The notes below the pieces were generated by a model. That model was given only the letters and a program-made list of their open reading frames with translations, ran no database searches and was not told the DNA's origin. The translations under genes were made by a program, and so were the position numbers. Below, piece after piece: positions 8,495-17,130 of a DNA stretch of 64,000 nt (positions are counted from its first letter, which is position 1; every line of letters begins with the position of its first letter). The DNA is from Clostridia bacterium (GTDB taxonomy: Bacteria; Bacillota; Clostridia; Oscillospirales; CAG-272). The stretch lies in contig JAFTYE010000004.1 of assembly GCA_017464805.1 (NCBI GenBank), positions 6,412 through 70,411 on the forward strand, given 5' to 3'.

Positions 8495-9616
8495 ATGAAC
8501 GTAATCGTTGTCCTCGGTACCCGTCCCGAGGCGATCAAAATGTGTCCTGTTATCCGCGCCCTGCAAAGAAAAGAGGGTGTTTCCGTGTCGGTCGTGCTGT
8601 CGGGTCAGCACAGGGAGATGGCCGCCGCAGTGTTGCCCGAATTTTCCGTTTCGGCAGACCATGACCTTGCCATCATGAAGGAGGGGCAAAGCGTGTTGGA
8701 TATCACGCGCGGTGTGCTGGATCGCCTGCCCGCCCTTCTCCGAAAGCAAGGTCCACGCGCTGTGTTGGTGCACGGGGACACCACCACCGCCTTTGCCGCC
8801 GCGCTCTCGGCCTTCTCGCTGGGCATTCCCATCGCGCATGTGGAGGCAGGGCTTCGCACCTACTGCCCCACGCGCCCGTTTCCCGAGGAATTTAACCGCC
8901 GCGCCATCGCCGCCATGGCGGCGTGGCACTTCGCCCCCACCCCACGCGCACGGGAAAACCTCTTGCGTGAGGGGATCGCGGAGGATCGCGTTTTTTGCGT
9001 GGGGAATACGGTGGTGGATGCTCTTCGATGTACGGTGCGCGCGGATTACGAAAACGCGCTCCTGTCTGCCGCGCCGCGCCTTGTTTTGTTTACCTGTCAC
9101 CGTAGGGAAACGGGGGAAGGGGAGCTGCGCGGCCTTCTTTGCGCTCTGCGCCGCCTCACGGCGGCCTTTCCCGATCTGGCCGTGCTGTACCCCGTCCATC
9201 CGCGCGTATCGCGCGTGGTATACGAAGAGCTGGCGGGTGTAGAGCGCGTGCATCTGCTTCCGCCGCTGGAAACGGCAGACTGCCACAATGTCATGGCGCG
9301 GGCCACCCTGATCCTGACCGATTCTGGCGGGATGCAGGAGGAGGCCTGCGCCCTCGGCATCCCCACTCTGGTGCTTCGACGGGAGACCGAGCGGCCCGAG
9401 GGGGTGGATGCGGGGCTTTTGCGCCTTGTCGGCACGGACGGTGAGACTTTGTTCCGAGAGGCGGCAGAACTGCTTTCCTCTCCCCTCGCCTATGCCGCCA
9501 TGCGCGGCGGGGAAAACCCCTACGGCGACGGCCGTGCCTCCGAACGGATCGCGGATGTTTTGTGCCAAGCTCTTGCCGAATGCAACACACGGGTACCGCT
9601 TACGCTCGGTTTATAA
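8495..9616 (+). CDS. wecB: UDP-N-acetylglucosamine 2-epimerase (non-hydrolysing)
   Basis: MNVIVVLGTRPEAIKMCPV, VLVHGDTTTAFA, HVEAGLRT, DSGGMQEEA motifs. SD AAGGAGGG lies before the ATG at 8495. Confidence 0.9.
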   Translation: MNVIVVLGTRPEAIKMCPVIRALQRKEGVSVSVVLSGQHREMAAAVLPEFSVSADHDLAIMKEGQSVLDITRGVLDRLPALLRKQGPRAVLVHGDTTTAFAAALSAFSLGIPIAHVEAGLRTYCPTRPFPEEFNRRAIAAMAAWHFAPTPRARENLLREGIAEDRVFCVGNTVVDALRCTVRADYENALLSAAPRLVLFTCHRRETGEGELRGLLCALRRLTAAFPDLAVLYPVHPRVSRVVYEELAGVERVHLLPPLETADCHNVMARATLILTDSGGMQEEACALGIPTLVLRRETERPEGVDAGLLRLVGTDGETLFREAAELLSSPLAYAAMRGGENPYGDGRASERIADVLCQALAECNTRVPLTLGL

Positions 9617-10171
9617 GAAAATAGGGCGTAACTGCTTACCCTGCCGCGCGGCGGCCAGTGCCTTTCCGAGAAGTGAAAAATCCGCCACAAGAGAGGAAGG
9701 CTTTTTCTCTGGATCGTCCTGGTGCATGGGAACGAAATATACGCCCTTTCGCATCGAAAGGATCGCCAGGTTGGAAAGATTGGCGGAAAGCGCGTCGTTA
9801 GTCGCCAAGGCAAGAAGCAGGGGACGCTCGGTCCGCAGATGTGCCTTGGCCGCCATGGTCACGGGCGTGTCGGTGATGCCGTGGGCCATCTTGGCCAGCG
9901 TGTTGCCCGTGCAGGGCGCGATGATGAGGAGATCAAGCGGTGTTTTCGGCCCGAGCGGCTCGGCATCCACAATGCTGTGGATGACCGTGCGACCGCAGAT
10001 CTCTTCCACCTCGCGGATGAAATCCGCGGCAAGGTAAAAGCGCGTGTCGATCGAAAAGACGTTGTCCGACACAATGGGCTGTACGTCCTCGCCCGCACGG
10101 ATCAGCTTGCGAAGCTCGACCAGCGAGGCGGAAAGGGTGCAAAACGACCCGCAAAAGGCATATCCGATCAT
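9611..10171 (-). CDS. spoVFB: Dipicolinate synthase subunit B
   Basis: Flavoprotein-like. MIGYAFCGSFCT ... IAPCTGNTLAKMAHGITDTPV closely matches SpoVFB/DpaB. Confidence 0.9.
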   Translation of the reverse strand: MIGYAFCGSFCTLSASLVELRKLIRAGEDVQPIVSDNVFSIDTRFYLAADFIREVEEICGRTVIHSIVDAEPLGPKTPLDLLIIAPCTGNTLAKMAHGITDTPVTMAAKAHLRTERPLLLALATNDALSANLSNLAILSMRKGVYFVPMHQDDPEKKPSSLVADFSLLGKALAAARQGKQLRPIFL

Positions 10172-11019
10172 ACGATGTCCCCCTTCCTCACGGCAAGGAT
10201 CCGCGAGATCTCCTCAAACAGATAGCGTGCCGCACTCTCGGGCGAATATTTCCCGGGGAGTGCCGCCGAGGGGGGTAGGATGACCCCCGCCTCGGCCGCG
10301 GCGGTAGCGTCGATCGCCCCGCCGCCCAGGTCGTAAAAGTAGGTGCCGCGTGCAGGCATTCTTGCCCCGTGCGGAAACAGCATGGCGGGTACGGTGGAGA
10401 ACACTGCCCGCACCGTGGGGAGAACTTCGGGTGCCTCGCCCTCCTTGATCGGATAGACAAGAGCCCCCATCCCCGCCGCGCGTTCCCGTGCGGCGGGGGA
10501 ACGCGCGTAAAGCGAAACGCGCGCCCCCATCGCACGAAGCAGGGTGAGCGCGTGCATGGCGATGCGCCCTGCACCAAGGATGGCCACGTGCGTGCCCGTA
10601 AGCGTCACGGGCAAATCCAGTGCTGCCATGGCGACCGCCGCCTCCGCTGTGGCGATCGCATTTTTGCGAATCAGCTCCTCGCCCGCGTAATAGTCGATGA
10701 TCTGTACGTCCGCGTCGGCCGCTGCCGCGCGCACTGCGGGGGTCAGCTTGCCGCCAAGGAACAGGCAGTCGTGCTCCGCCGCCGCAAAGATCTCGGAAAG
10801 GGTAGGGGGCGTGATCCCCGCCGCCGCGGTCGGATGAACACCGTTGCGTGAGGCGGGAAGCGGCAGGATGACGACCTCGGCATCCTCTACGGCGACGGCA
10901 AGATTGGGGCAATCCTCTTGCCCCTGTGTACAAAAGCGAACGACGGTCGCGTCCGCCGATTCGAAAAGGCGAGCCAGCGCGAGCATTCGCGCATCTCCGC
11001 CGATAAGTGTGATCTTCAT
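10168..11019 (-). CDS. spoVFA: Dipicolinate synthase subunit A
   Basis: Starts MKITLIGGDARM. Rossmann motif VAILGAGRIAM. ATGA overlap with spoVFB. The track ORF (to 11349) is an upstream over-extension through the divergent promoter region. Confidence 0.85.
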   Translation of the reverse strand: MKITLIGGDARMLALARLFESADATVVRFCTQGQEDCPNLAVAVEDAEVVILPLPASRNGVHPTAAAGITPPTLSEIFAAAEHDCLFLGGKLTPAVRAAAADADVQIIDYYAGEELIRKNAIATAEAAVAMAALDLPVTLTGTHVAILGAGRIAMHALTLLRAMGARVSLYARSPAARERAAGMGALVYPIKEGEAPEVLPTVRAVFSTVPAMLFPHGARMPARGTYFYDLGGGAIDATAAAEAGVILPPSAALPGKYSPESAARYLFEEISRILAVRKGDIV

Positions 11020-11086
11020 ACTTGCACCGATGCGGTACAGTACAGTATATGAGTTCGAGCCAATTTGGGCTAGCCGATTTTGACGC

Positions 11087-11115
11087 TTTACAAAGCTGCC
11101 CTTTCGTGGTATACT
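11087..11115 (+). promoter_or_regulatory. Sigma-A promoter of the SDR gene
   Basis: TTTACA (11087-11092), 17-nt spacer, TGg-TATACT (11110-11115). Confidence 0.6.
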
Positions 11116-11143
11116 AAAAGAAAAATCCCACGGAGGAATTTTC

Positions 11144-11908
11144 ATGTCTTTGGCCATCATCACGGGTGCGTCCTCGGGTATCGGACGCGAATTCGCAAAA
11201 AGGATCAAGGAAACGGGACAGGCAGATCGCTTTCTTCTCATTGCGCGGCGGCGTGAAAAGCTCGCTGACCTCGCCGCCGAGCTGGGCGAGGGAACAGAGA
11301 TCCTTGCCGCCGACCTCGCTACGCCCGAAGGGATCAAGGCGGTGCGCACCTACCTTGAGGAAAACAAGCCGCGAGTGCGTTATCTCATCAACGCGGCGGG
11401 CTACGGCGTGTTCGGTGACTATACGCAGGTAAGCGAAAAGGATACCATCGGCATGATCGACCTCAACGTCAAGGCACTGGTGCTGATATCGCACATGGTC
11501 ATTCCGTATATGGAGCGCGGCTCCAATCTGCTTGAGGTCGGCTCGGCCTCGGTCTTCACCCCCTTGCCCGGCTTCAATATCTACGCGTCAGGCAAGGCGT
11601 TCGTCTATCATTATTCGCAGGCGCTTGCCTACGAGGTCAAGGAAAAGGGCATTGCCGTGACCGTCTTTTGCCCCGGTTGGGTCAGGACCGACTTTTTCGA
11701 CCGCGCGGAGAACGAAAGATCCGCAGGGCCGAGGAATAAAAAGCCCATGCTCTCGGTCGAGTATGTCGTGGCCTGCGCGATGCGCGCCATGGAAAAGCGT
11801 AAGCTCCTGTGTACCTGCAACTGGTACACGAAAATGCAGCACCTGCTTTCCAAAATCGCCCCCAACCCCTGGCTCATTCGCATGTGGATCTCTATGTGTA
11901 AAAAGTAA
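11144..11908 (+). CDS. Short-chain dehydrogenase/reductase (SDR) family oxidoreductase
   Basis: TGASSGIG cofactor motif; catalytic Y-x-x-x-K (YASGKAF). Confidence 0.85.
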   Translation: MSLAIITGASSGIGREFAKRIKETGQADRFLLIARRREKLADLAAELGEGTEILAADLATPEGIKAVRTYLEENKPRVRYLINAAGYGVFGDYTQVSEKDTIGMIDLNVKALVLISHMVIPYMERGSNLLEVGSASVFTPLPGFNIYASGKAFVYHYSQALAYEVKEKGIAVTVFCPGWVRTDFFDRAENERSAGPRNKKPMLSVEYVVACAMRAMEKRKLLCTCNWYTKMQHLLSKIAPNPWLIRMWISMCKK

Positions 11909-11910
11909 AA

Positions 11911-11941
11911 CAACCGCCCCGAACATCGTTCAGGGCGGTTG
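11911..11941. terminator. Bidirectional intrinsic terminator
   Basis: CAACCGCCC-loop-GGGCGGTTG with an A-run before and a T-run after. Sits between convergent genes. Confidence 0.8.
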
Positions 11942-11950
11942 CTTTTTATT

Positions 11951-13765
11951 TTACCACGGCCGCATGCCGCCGGGTCGGCCACCGCCGCCCATGCCGCCGC
12001 CGGGTCGGTCGCCGCCGGGCATGCCACCCATGCCGTCCATACCGCCATTCGAGCCGTACAGGAGAGAGGTCATCTCTACTGTGCCAAGGATTGTACCGCC
12101 TTCGGCTGTACCATTCGCGGCGTAGCCATTTTCATCGGCTCCACTTACCGTTCCGCCGACCAGCAAGGTATAGGTGCCGCTATCCGTGATTCCCGCCGCT
12201 GTGATGACCGCCGAGGAGTAGCTCTTTTTCGGGGTAAAGGAGGCCAGTACCTTGCCGTTCTCGTTTACAAGGGCGATCGGCGTGCCCGCCGCCTGCGTGG
12301 AAAAGGACAGGAGCATCGCACCCTGGTTTTTTGCCGCCGTAAAGCCGGTGGCCATACCGACCGAGCCGAGCGCGATCACCATGCCGCCCGACACCGAGGC
12401 ACCCGTGCCGTAGTCCAGGGCACCGTTGCCGCCGTTTGTCGGTCCCGATACCAGTGTCACGCCGCCCGTCACGGTAAGGGTGCCGTTGGAGTCCAAACCG
12501 TCACCCCCCGCTTCCACAAGGGCATAGCCCCCCGTGATCGACAGGGTCGCGGCGCTTTCCATTCCGCCCACGCCGGGCATACCGCCGCCGCTTCCGTCGG
12601 TGGCGTTGTAGCCGTCATCCGAGGCAACGATATGCAGCCTGCCGCCCGATATCACAATATCCTTGGCTTCTAGCCCCTCATAGCTTGTAAGGACCGAAAG
12701 CTCGCCGCCCTCGATCGACAGGGCGTTTTCGGCATGCACGCCGTCATCCCCCGCCGAAAGCGTCACGGTGCCGCCCGCTATGCGGATGCTGTTATCCGCG
12801 TGCAGGGCATCTTCGGTTGCGGTGACGGTGATCAAACCGCCCTCAATCAGGAGATCCCCCGTGCATTTGATGCCCTTTTGCGAGACGGTTGAGGAAGAGT
12901 AGCTGCTTCCTGTCGCAAGGGTCAGTATGCCGCCTGTGATACGGACGAGCTTTTCCGCCTGAATGGCATCGTTTTCGGCCGTTACCGTAATCTCGCCGTC
13001 CTCAATATACACAAACCCTCGTCCCGAATCCTCGGCGTTGTCCGAGCGGATGCCGTCAGAGCCCGCCATCAGCGAGAGCGTGCCGCCCGCGATCTTGACG
13101 CAGTCCTTGCCCTCGAGTGCCGCGCTCGGTGCGCTCACGGTCAGATGGCCGCCCGTGATGACCAGATCATCCTTGGACACCACGCCGTGCTTGGCAAGCG
13201 CCGTGACAGAAAGGGCGCCTGTGCCGTTTACGGTGAGGTCGGCGCGGCTGAATATCACCCCGTCAGGGGTGCTGTTCCCGTCCGTGAGGGTGTAGACCGC
13301 GCCGTCTGCCAGCAAGTTTTCTGTGCCTGTCGCCATCGTCAAAAAGACCTTATCCGCCTCGCGGATATACAGGGCGGGGCGGTCGTTTGAGGTGAGGGAA
13401 AGCCCGCACAGAACCAGTTGAATTTTGGCGGTGTCGGGTGCGTCCACGGTGACCGAGCCGACTCCTACGCCTGAGAGCAGGTAGGTGCCCTCGGCATGCA
13501 CGGTCACGGTGTTGCCCGACACGCTCGCGCCACTTCCCGACACGCTTGCGCCGCTGTTCGAAAAGACGATGATGGTTGCGCCCGCGACGATATAGTCGTG
13601 TTGCTTATCGCGGCTTGAAAATTCGAAATCGTAGCCCCCCGTGTTCTCGAAGGAGGAGCCCACATCGGTCGGCTCGTAGCCCTCACCCTCGCTGCCCCCC
13701 GAGCAGGCGCACAGGGAAAGAAGCAGCGACAGGGTCAGCAGCAGGGGGAGGATCCTTTTTTTCAT
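11951..13765 (-). CDS. Lipoprotein built of parallel beta-helix-type repeats (Cthe_2159-like carbohydrate-binding domain family) with a Gly/Met/Pro/Arg-rich C-terminal tail
   Basis: Signal peptide plus lipobox-like LSLCAC. Many repeats of the type ITGGTLTxxAGxDGIxSDN / GGxVTLSAGDDGVHAEN. Tail is GGMDGMGGMPGGDRPGGGMGGGGRPGGMRPW. Confidence 0.7.
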   Translation of the reverse strand: MKKRILPLLLTLSLLLSLCACSGGSEGEGYEPTDVGSSFENTGGYDFEFSSRDKQHDYIVAGATIIVFSNSGASVSGSGASVSGNTVTVHAEGTYLLSGVGVGSVTVDAPDTAKIQLVLCGLSLTSNDRPALYIREADKVFLTMATGTENLLADGAVYTLTDGNSTPDGVIFSRADLTVNGTGALSVTALAKHGVVSKDDLVITGGHLTVSAPSAALEGKDCVKIAGGTLSLMAGSDGIRSDNAEDSGRGFVYIEDGEITVTAENDAIQAEKLVRITGGILTLATGSSYSSSTVSQKGIKCTGDLLIEGGLITVTATEDALHADNSIRIAGGTVTLSAGDDGVHAENALSIEGGELSVLTSYEGLEAKDIVISGGRLHIVASDDGYNATDGSGGGMPGVGGMESAATLSITGGYALVEAGGDGLDSNGTLTVTGGVTLVSGPTNGGNGALDYGTGASVSGGMVIALGSVGMATGFTAAKNQGAMLLSFSTQAAGTPIALVNENGKVLASFTPKKSYSSAVITAAGITDSGTYTLLVGGTVSGADENGYAANGTAEGGTILGTVEMTSLLYGSNGGMDGMGGMPGGDRPGGGMGGGGRPGGMRPW

Positions 13766-13766
13766 C

Positions 13767-14441
13767 TTACAACTCCTCGCCGCTTTGGGTTGCCTCGGTC
13801 AAGGAAATTTCCAGATTGCCGTTGCGGCAACGGAGCTTGTCGATCAGCTCCTTACTCTTGTTTTTGTCCTTCAGCTCCAGACGATAGCGTAGCTTGTACA
13901 GGCTGCCCATGCCCGTAGTCTTGACGCTCGCGAGCGTCACGCGGCGCGCATATTCGGCAAACAGGTCATCAAACGCATCGTAGTAGGAAAGCGACTCGGG
14001 CACGGTGATGCGAAGCTCCCATTCACGCTCGCTTGCCATCGGCACAAGCGAAAGAATTAGGTAGGCCGCTGCCGTGATGACGGCAAACAGGAGCGCGGCC
14101 ATCACGTAGCCCGCGCCGCAGGCAAGCCCCGCCGTCATGACGAGGAAGATCGCCGCGATCTCTTTGGCGCGACCGGGAACGGAACGGAAGCGAACGAGCG
14201 AAAACGCGCCCGCCACGGCGATGCCCGTGCCCACGTTACCGTTGACCATGAGAATGACGGTCGCCACGATGGGCGGGAGCAGGATAAGGGACATGAGAAA
14301 ACTCTTGGTCACGCGGGAGCGGAGCGTCGCCGCCACCGCCACAACGATACCGCAGGCAAAGGCGATGCCCACCGCAATCAGATAGGTCTTGGGTGAAACG
14401 GCGAACATGCCGCTCTCTGTCGCAAAAATATTGTCAAACAT
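13767..14441 (-). CDS. DUF4956-family multi-pass membrane protein
   Basis: TM-rich N-half with VGTGIAVAGAFSLVRFRS motif and a soluble C-terminal domain. The ATG at 14441 overlaps the upstream stop (TGATG). Confidence 0.7.
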   Translation of the reverse strand: MFDNIFATESGMFAVSPKTYLIAVGIAFACGIVVAVAATLRSRVTKSFLMSLILLPPIVATVILMVNGNVGTGIAVAGAFSLVRFRSVPGRAKEIAAIFLVMTAGLACGAGYVMAALLFAVITAAAYLILSLVPMASEREWELRITVPESLSYYDAFDDLFAEYARRVTLASVKTTGMGSLYKLRYRLELKDKNKSKELIDKLRCRNGNLEISLTEATQSGEEL

Positions 14442-15142
14442 CAATCGTTCTTCCTTTCTTGTTTCAGTATGTCCAGATAGGCGGTTTTGTATTTGGAAAA
14501 CCTCGTCGGGTAGATGTGTAGCTCGTCCAGCAGGTGGGAAAGGAACAGGGGCATGCCCCCCTCGGTTTTGATCTCGGCAATTACCTTGTCAGGTGGCAGA
14601 ATGATCTTGCCCTCCGTTCCCTCGGTCAGAAAGGGACTCTCCGTGCGATAGCGCACCGCCGAGTCAAAGGTCAGGCGAACGGCGGGAAAGTCCCGCAAAA
14701 AATAGGCATCCCGTTCGTAGGCAAGCAGGACGCGGGGCTGTGGCCTCTCCCACACTCGCATGGCATGGTCGATCTCGTCCATGATCTGTCCCTCGGTCGG
14801 CTTCGAGCCGCCTGCCAGATAGGTATGTGCCGCCGCGTAGGGTGTTTGCACGCGCCGCTTGTAGACGATGCCCTTGTATTTTTTCTTAATCTCGAAAAAG
14901 ACGGGATCGCCCCCCCGCGGTCTGCCGTAGCTGCGGATACGGAGCTTTTCGCGATATACCCCGCCGTCCATCGATGCACGGATGATGCGGAAATCGGAGG
15001 TGTCGAGATACTCACTGGCTATCGTGTTGTGCGGATAGGCGTCGGGCGTGATCCGCTCGCTAAGGCGGGAGAGCAGATGAGCCTGCTCATCGGGAGAGAG
15101 CAGATATTTCTTCTCCTCGCGACAGAATATGTAGATCGGCAA
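14441..15142 (-). CDS. VTC-domain (polyphosphate-polymerase-like, CYTH/triphosphate-tunnel fold) protein
   Basis: REEKKYLLS start, REKLRIRSY, FFEIKKKYKGIVYKRR and AEIKTEGG beta-strand charge patterns typical of bacterial VTC-domain proteins. TTG start with a GGGGGT SD. Confidence 0.7.
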   Translation of the reverse strand: MPIYIFCREEKKYLLSPDEQAHLLSRLSERITPDAYPHNTIASEYLDTSDFRIIRASMDGGVYREKLRIRSYGRPRGGDPVFFEIKKKYKGIVYKRRVQTPYAAAHTYLAGGSKPTEGQIMDEIDHAMRVWERPQPRVLLAYERDAYFLRDFPAVRLTFDSAVRYRTESPFLTEGTEGKIILPPDKVIAEIKTEGGMPLFLSHLLDELHIYPTRFSKYKTAYLDILKQERKND

Positions 15143-15180
15143 GCAGACACCCCCTTTTGCAAATCTTGTGTTTTGCCCCT

Positions 15181-15186
15181 ATTGTA
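15181..15186 (-). promoter_or_regulatory. Extended -10 element (TGgTACAAT) of the VTC operon promoter
   Basis: TATGGTACAAT read on the minus strand, about 35 nt upstream of the TTG start. The -35 element is weak. Confidence 0.45.
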
Positions 15187-15242
15187 CCATAAAATTTCCA
15201 TTTTTGTGCGACGATTTTGTGAAAATATGTGGGTTTTGGCGT

Positions 15243-15271
15243 GAAAAAAGGGAAAGCATTTCTGCTTTCCC
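15243..15271 (-). terminator. Intrinsic terminator of the symporter gene
   Basis: GGGAAAGCA-GAAA-TGCTTTCCC followed by TTTTTT on the minus strand. Confidence 0.8.
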
Positions 15272-15286
15272 TTTTGCGGTTTGTTA

Positions 15287-16738
15287 TTAGTCCTCGTCGT
15301 ACGCGGAGAGCATGGGGGCGAGATCCGCGCCGTTCTTGCGGGCGTAGTAGTTCTTTATGATCTTAACGAGCAGACCACTGAGGATGAAGAGTGCGATCAG
15401 GTTCGGGATCGCCATCAAGGCGTTGGTCATGTCGGAGATCAGCCATACAAAATCCGCACCCAGGTTGTCACCGAAGAAGAAGGTGAGCAGGGAAACGCCG
15501 ACGATCATAGCCAAGTAAATGATGTTGAAGGCCAGCTTGGCACCGTTCTGATGCTTCTTGAACAGGTATTGCGAGGCCTTGGCACCGTAAACGGCCCAGG
15601 CAAGAACCGTGGAGAAGGCGAACAGGGGCAGAATGATGCTGTACGCAACCGTACCGATCGTGCCGAAGGTCTTGGTGAAGGCACCCATGGCAACCTGTGC
15701 GGCACTACCGAATCCGTCCGCACCCACAAGACCTGAGGTCAGAACGAACAGGGCGGTCAGCGTACAGACCACGAAGGTGTCGATGAACACCTCGAAGATG
15801 CCCCACAGACCCTGCTCAACAGGCTCCTTGGTATCGGCGGTGGCATGTGCGATGGGGGCGGAGCCGAGGCCTGCCTCGTTCGAGAAGATGCCGCGGGCAA
15901 AGCCGTAACGCATGGCCTGCGCGATCACGTAGCCCATGACACCGCTACCGACCGACTTGAAGGAGAAGGCACCGGCAAAGATAGAAGCGAATGCCGCGGG
16001 AACGGCGGTGATGTTGATGATGATCATGATGACGGTCATGATGATGAAGAAGATAATCATCACGGGCATGACCAGGGAGGATACCTTACCGATTCGCTGG
16101 ATACCGCCGATGACGACAAGGCCGGTGATGGCGGCAATGATGAGTGCGGTCACCCATGTAGGGATGCTAAAGGCGGTCTGCCAGGTGGACTGAATGGTGT
16201 CCGCCTGCACCGAGCCCATACCGATAGCGGCAAGGATCGTGAAGATGGCGAAGAGAACGGCAAGCCATTTCTGCTTTGTGCCGTGCTCGATGTACTGCAT
16301 GGGGCCGCCGATGTACTCGCCCTTATTGTCCTTTTTGCGGAAATAAAGACCCAGGGTGATCTCGGCAAACTTGGTGAACATGCCGAAGAAGGCAGAGACC
16401 CACATCCAGAACACGGCACCGGGACCGCCGGAAATGATGGCGGTGGTAACACCAACGATGTTACCCGTTCCGACCGTGCCCGACACGGCGGTGGCAAATG
16501 CCTCAAAGGGCGTGATGGCATTGGGATCGGTCTTCTTTTCCTTTTTTTTCATTTGCTTCACAGTACCGCCGACCGTGTGCTCCATGCATGCGCCGAACTT
16601 TCTGACCTGGAAGAATTTGCTCCTCACAGACAGGAAGATACCGCTGACAAGGATCAGGATGATCATGGGGATGCCCCACAGGATGTTACCGTCGACCCAG
16701 TTTAATGTGTTGTAAAGTGCTTCCATAAAGTCCTCCAA
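15287..16738 (-). CDS. Alanine/glycine:cation symporter (AGCS family, sodium:alanine symporter)
   Basis: 483 aa, polytopic. Family-typical ITPFEAFATAVSGTVGTGNIVGV and FSNEAGLGSAPIAHA motifs. Confidence 0.9.
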   Translation of the reverse strand: MEDFMEALYNTLNWVDGNILWGIPMIILILVSGIFLSVRSKFFQVRKFGACMEHTVGGTVKQMKKKEKKTDPNAITPFEAFATAVSGTVGTGNIVGVTTAIISGGPGAVFWMWVSAFFGMFTKFAEITLGLYFRKKDNKGEYIGGPMQYIEHGTKQKWLAVLFAIFTILAAIGMGSVQADTIQSTWQTAFSIPTWVTALIIAAITGLVVIGGIQRIGKVSSLVMPVMIIFFIIMTVIMIIINITAVPAAFASIFAGAFSFKSVGSGVMGYVIAQAMRYGFARGIFSNEAGLGSAPIAHATADTKEPVEQGLWGIFEVFIDTFVVCTLTALFVLTSGLVGADGFGSAAQVAMGAFTKTFGTIGTVAYSIILPLFAFSTVLAWAVYGAKASQYLFKKHQNGAKLAFNIIYLAMIVGVSLLTFFFGDNLGADFVWLISDMTNALMAIPNLIALFILSGLLVKIIKNYYARKNGADLAPMLSAYDED

Positions 16739-16769
16739 AAAAATTTTTTGATAACCTTCGCTGATAAAT

Positions 16770-16970
16770 AAAAAAAGTTGAACCGAAGCTCAACTTAATA
16801 CAAACAGTAGCATTTTATCATACAAAACGTAAAATGCTTTCTGTCCTTTTACTTGAGAGATTAGATCTCGCGACCCTTGCCCCTTCAGTACTCAATCCGG
16901 TTGAGATTCTCCAGAACGCCGTCCACGCACAGTCCCCTTTCGGTTTCAGCACGCTTCACCCGGCCATATT
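16770..16970 (-). promoter_or_regulatory. Glycine riboswitch leader: one full aptamer, a degenerate upstream partner and terminator hairpins
   Basis: Minus strand reads CTGGAGAA...ACTGAAGGGGCAA...CTCTCAAGTAAAAGGACAG (16916-16841), matching the glycine aptamer core. An upstream remnant reads ACCGAAAGGGGAC...GGAC (16966-16915). Downstream hairpins lie at 16838-16809 and 16797-16778, the latter followed by T7. Confidence 0.8.
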
Positions 16971-16987
16971 TTATTTTCAACGCGGTC

Positions 16988-17016
16988 ATTATACCATGTC
17001 TTGCGGCAAATTGCAA
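16988..17016 (-). promoter_or_regulatory. Sigma-A promoter driving the glycine riboswitch and symporter
   Basis: TTGCAA (17016-17011), 17-nt spacer, TGg-TATAAT (16993-16988), read on the minus strand. Confidence 0.7.
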
Positions 17017-17065
17017 CCCTTTTTGCAAAAAAATTTTTTTCATTGTCATTTTGGTGCAAATCCCC

Positions 17066-17099
17066 TTGCAAATTTCGGAGAAATTGTATATAATATACA
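17066..17099 (+). promoter_or_regulatory. Sigma-A promoter of the DtxR-like gene with an overlapping 7-1-7 perfect palindrome (candidate operator)
   Basis: TTGCAA (17066-17071), 17-nt spacer, TATAAT (17089-17094). Palindrome TGTATAT-A-ATATACA at 17085-17099. Confidence 0.65.
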
Positions 17100-17130
17100 T
17101 GACGAAGCAACCAAAACGGAGGTGAGAAGG

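Noticed and set aside
8018-9568. 516-aa ORF on the - strand
   Set aside because: It is antisense to the VOC and wecB genes and reads straight through the strong terminator hairpin at 8415-8466. No family features.
10168-11349. Long N-terminal extensions offered by the ORF track. Examples: spoVFA to 11349, leuA to 35374, leuD to 27454, hisZ from 36971, hisD from 38840, the DtxR-like gene from 16834, the HD gene from 54405, rnfD from 60170.
   Set aside because: In each case the extension runs through a neighbouring gene, promoter, riboswitch or T-box. An internal start with an SD and a family-typical N-terminus exists, so the shorter coordinates are reported.
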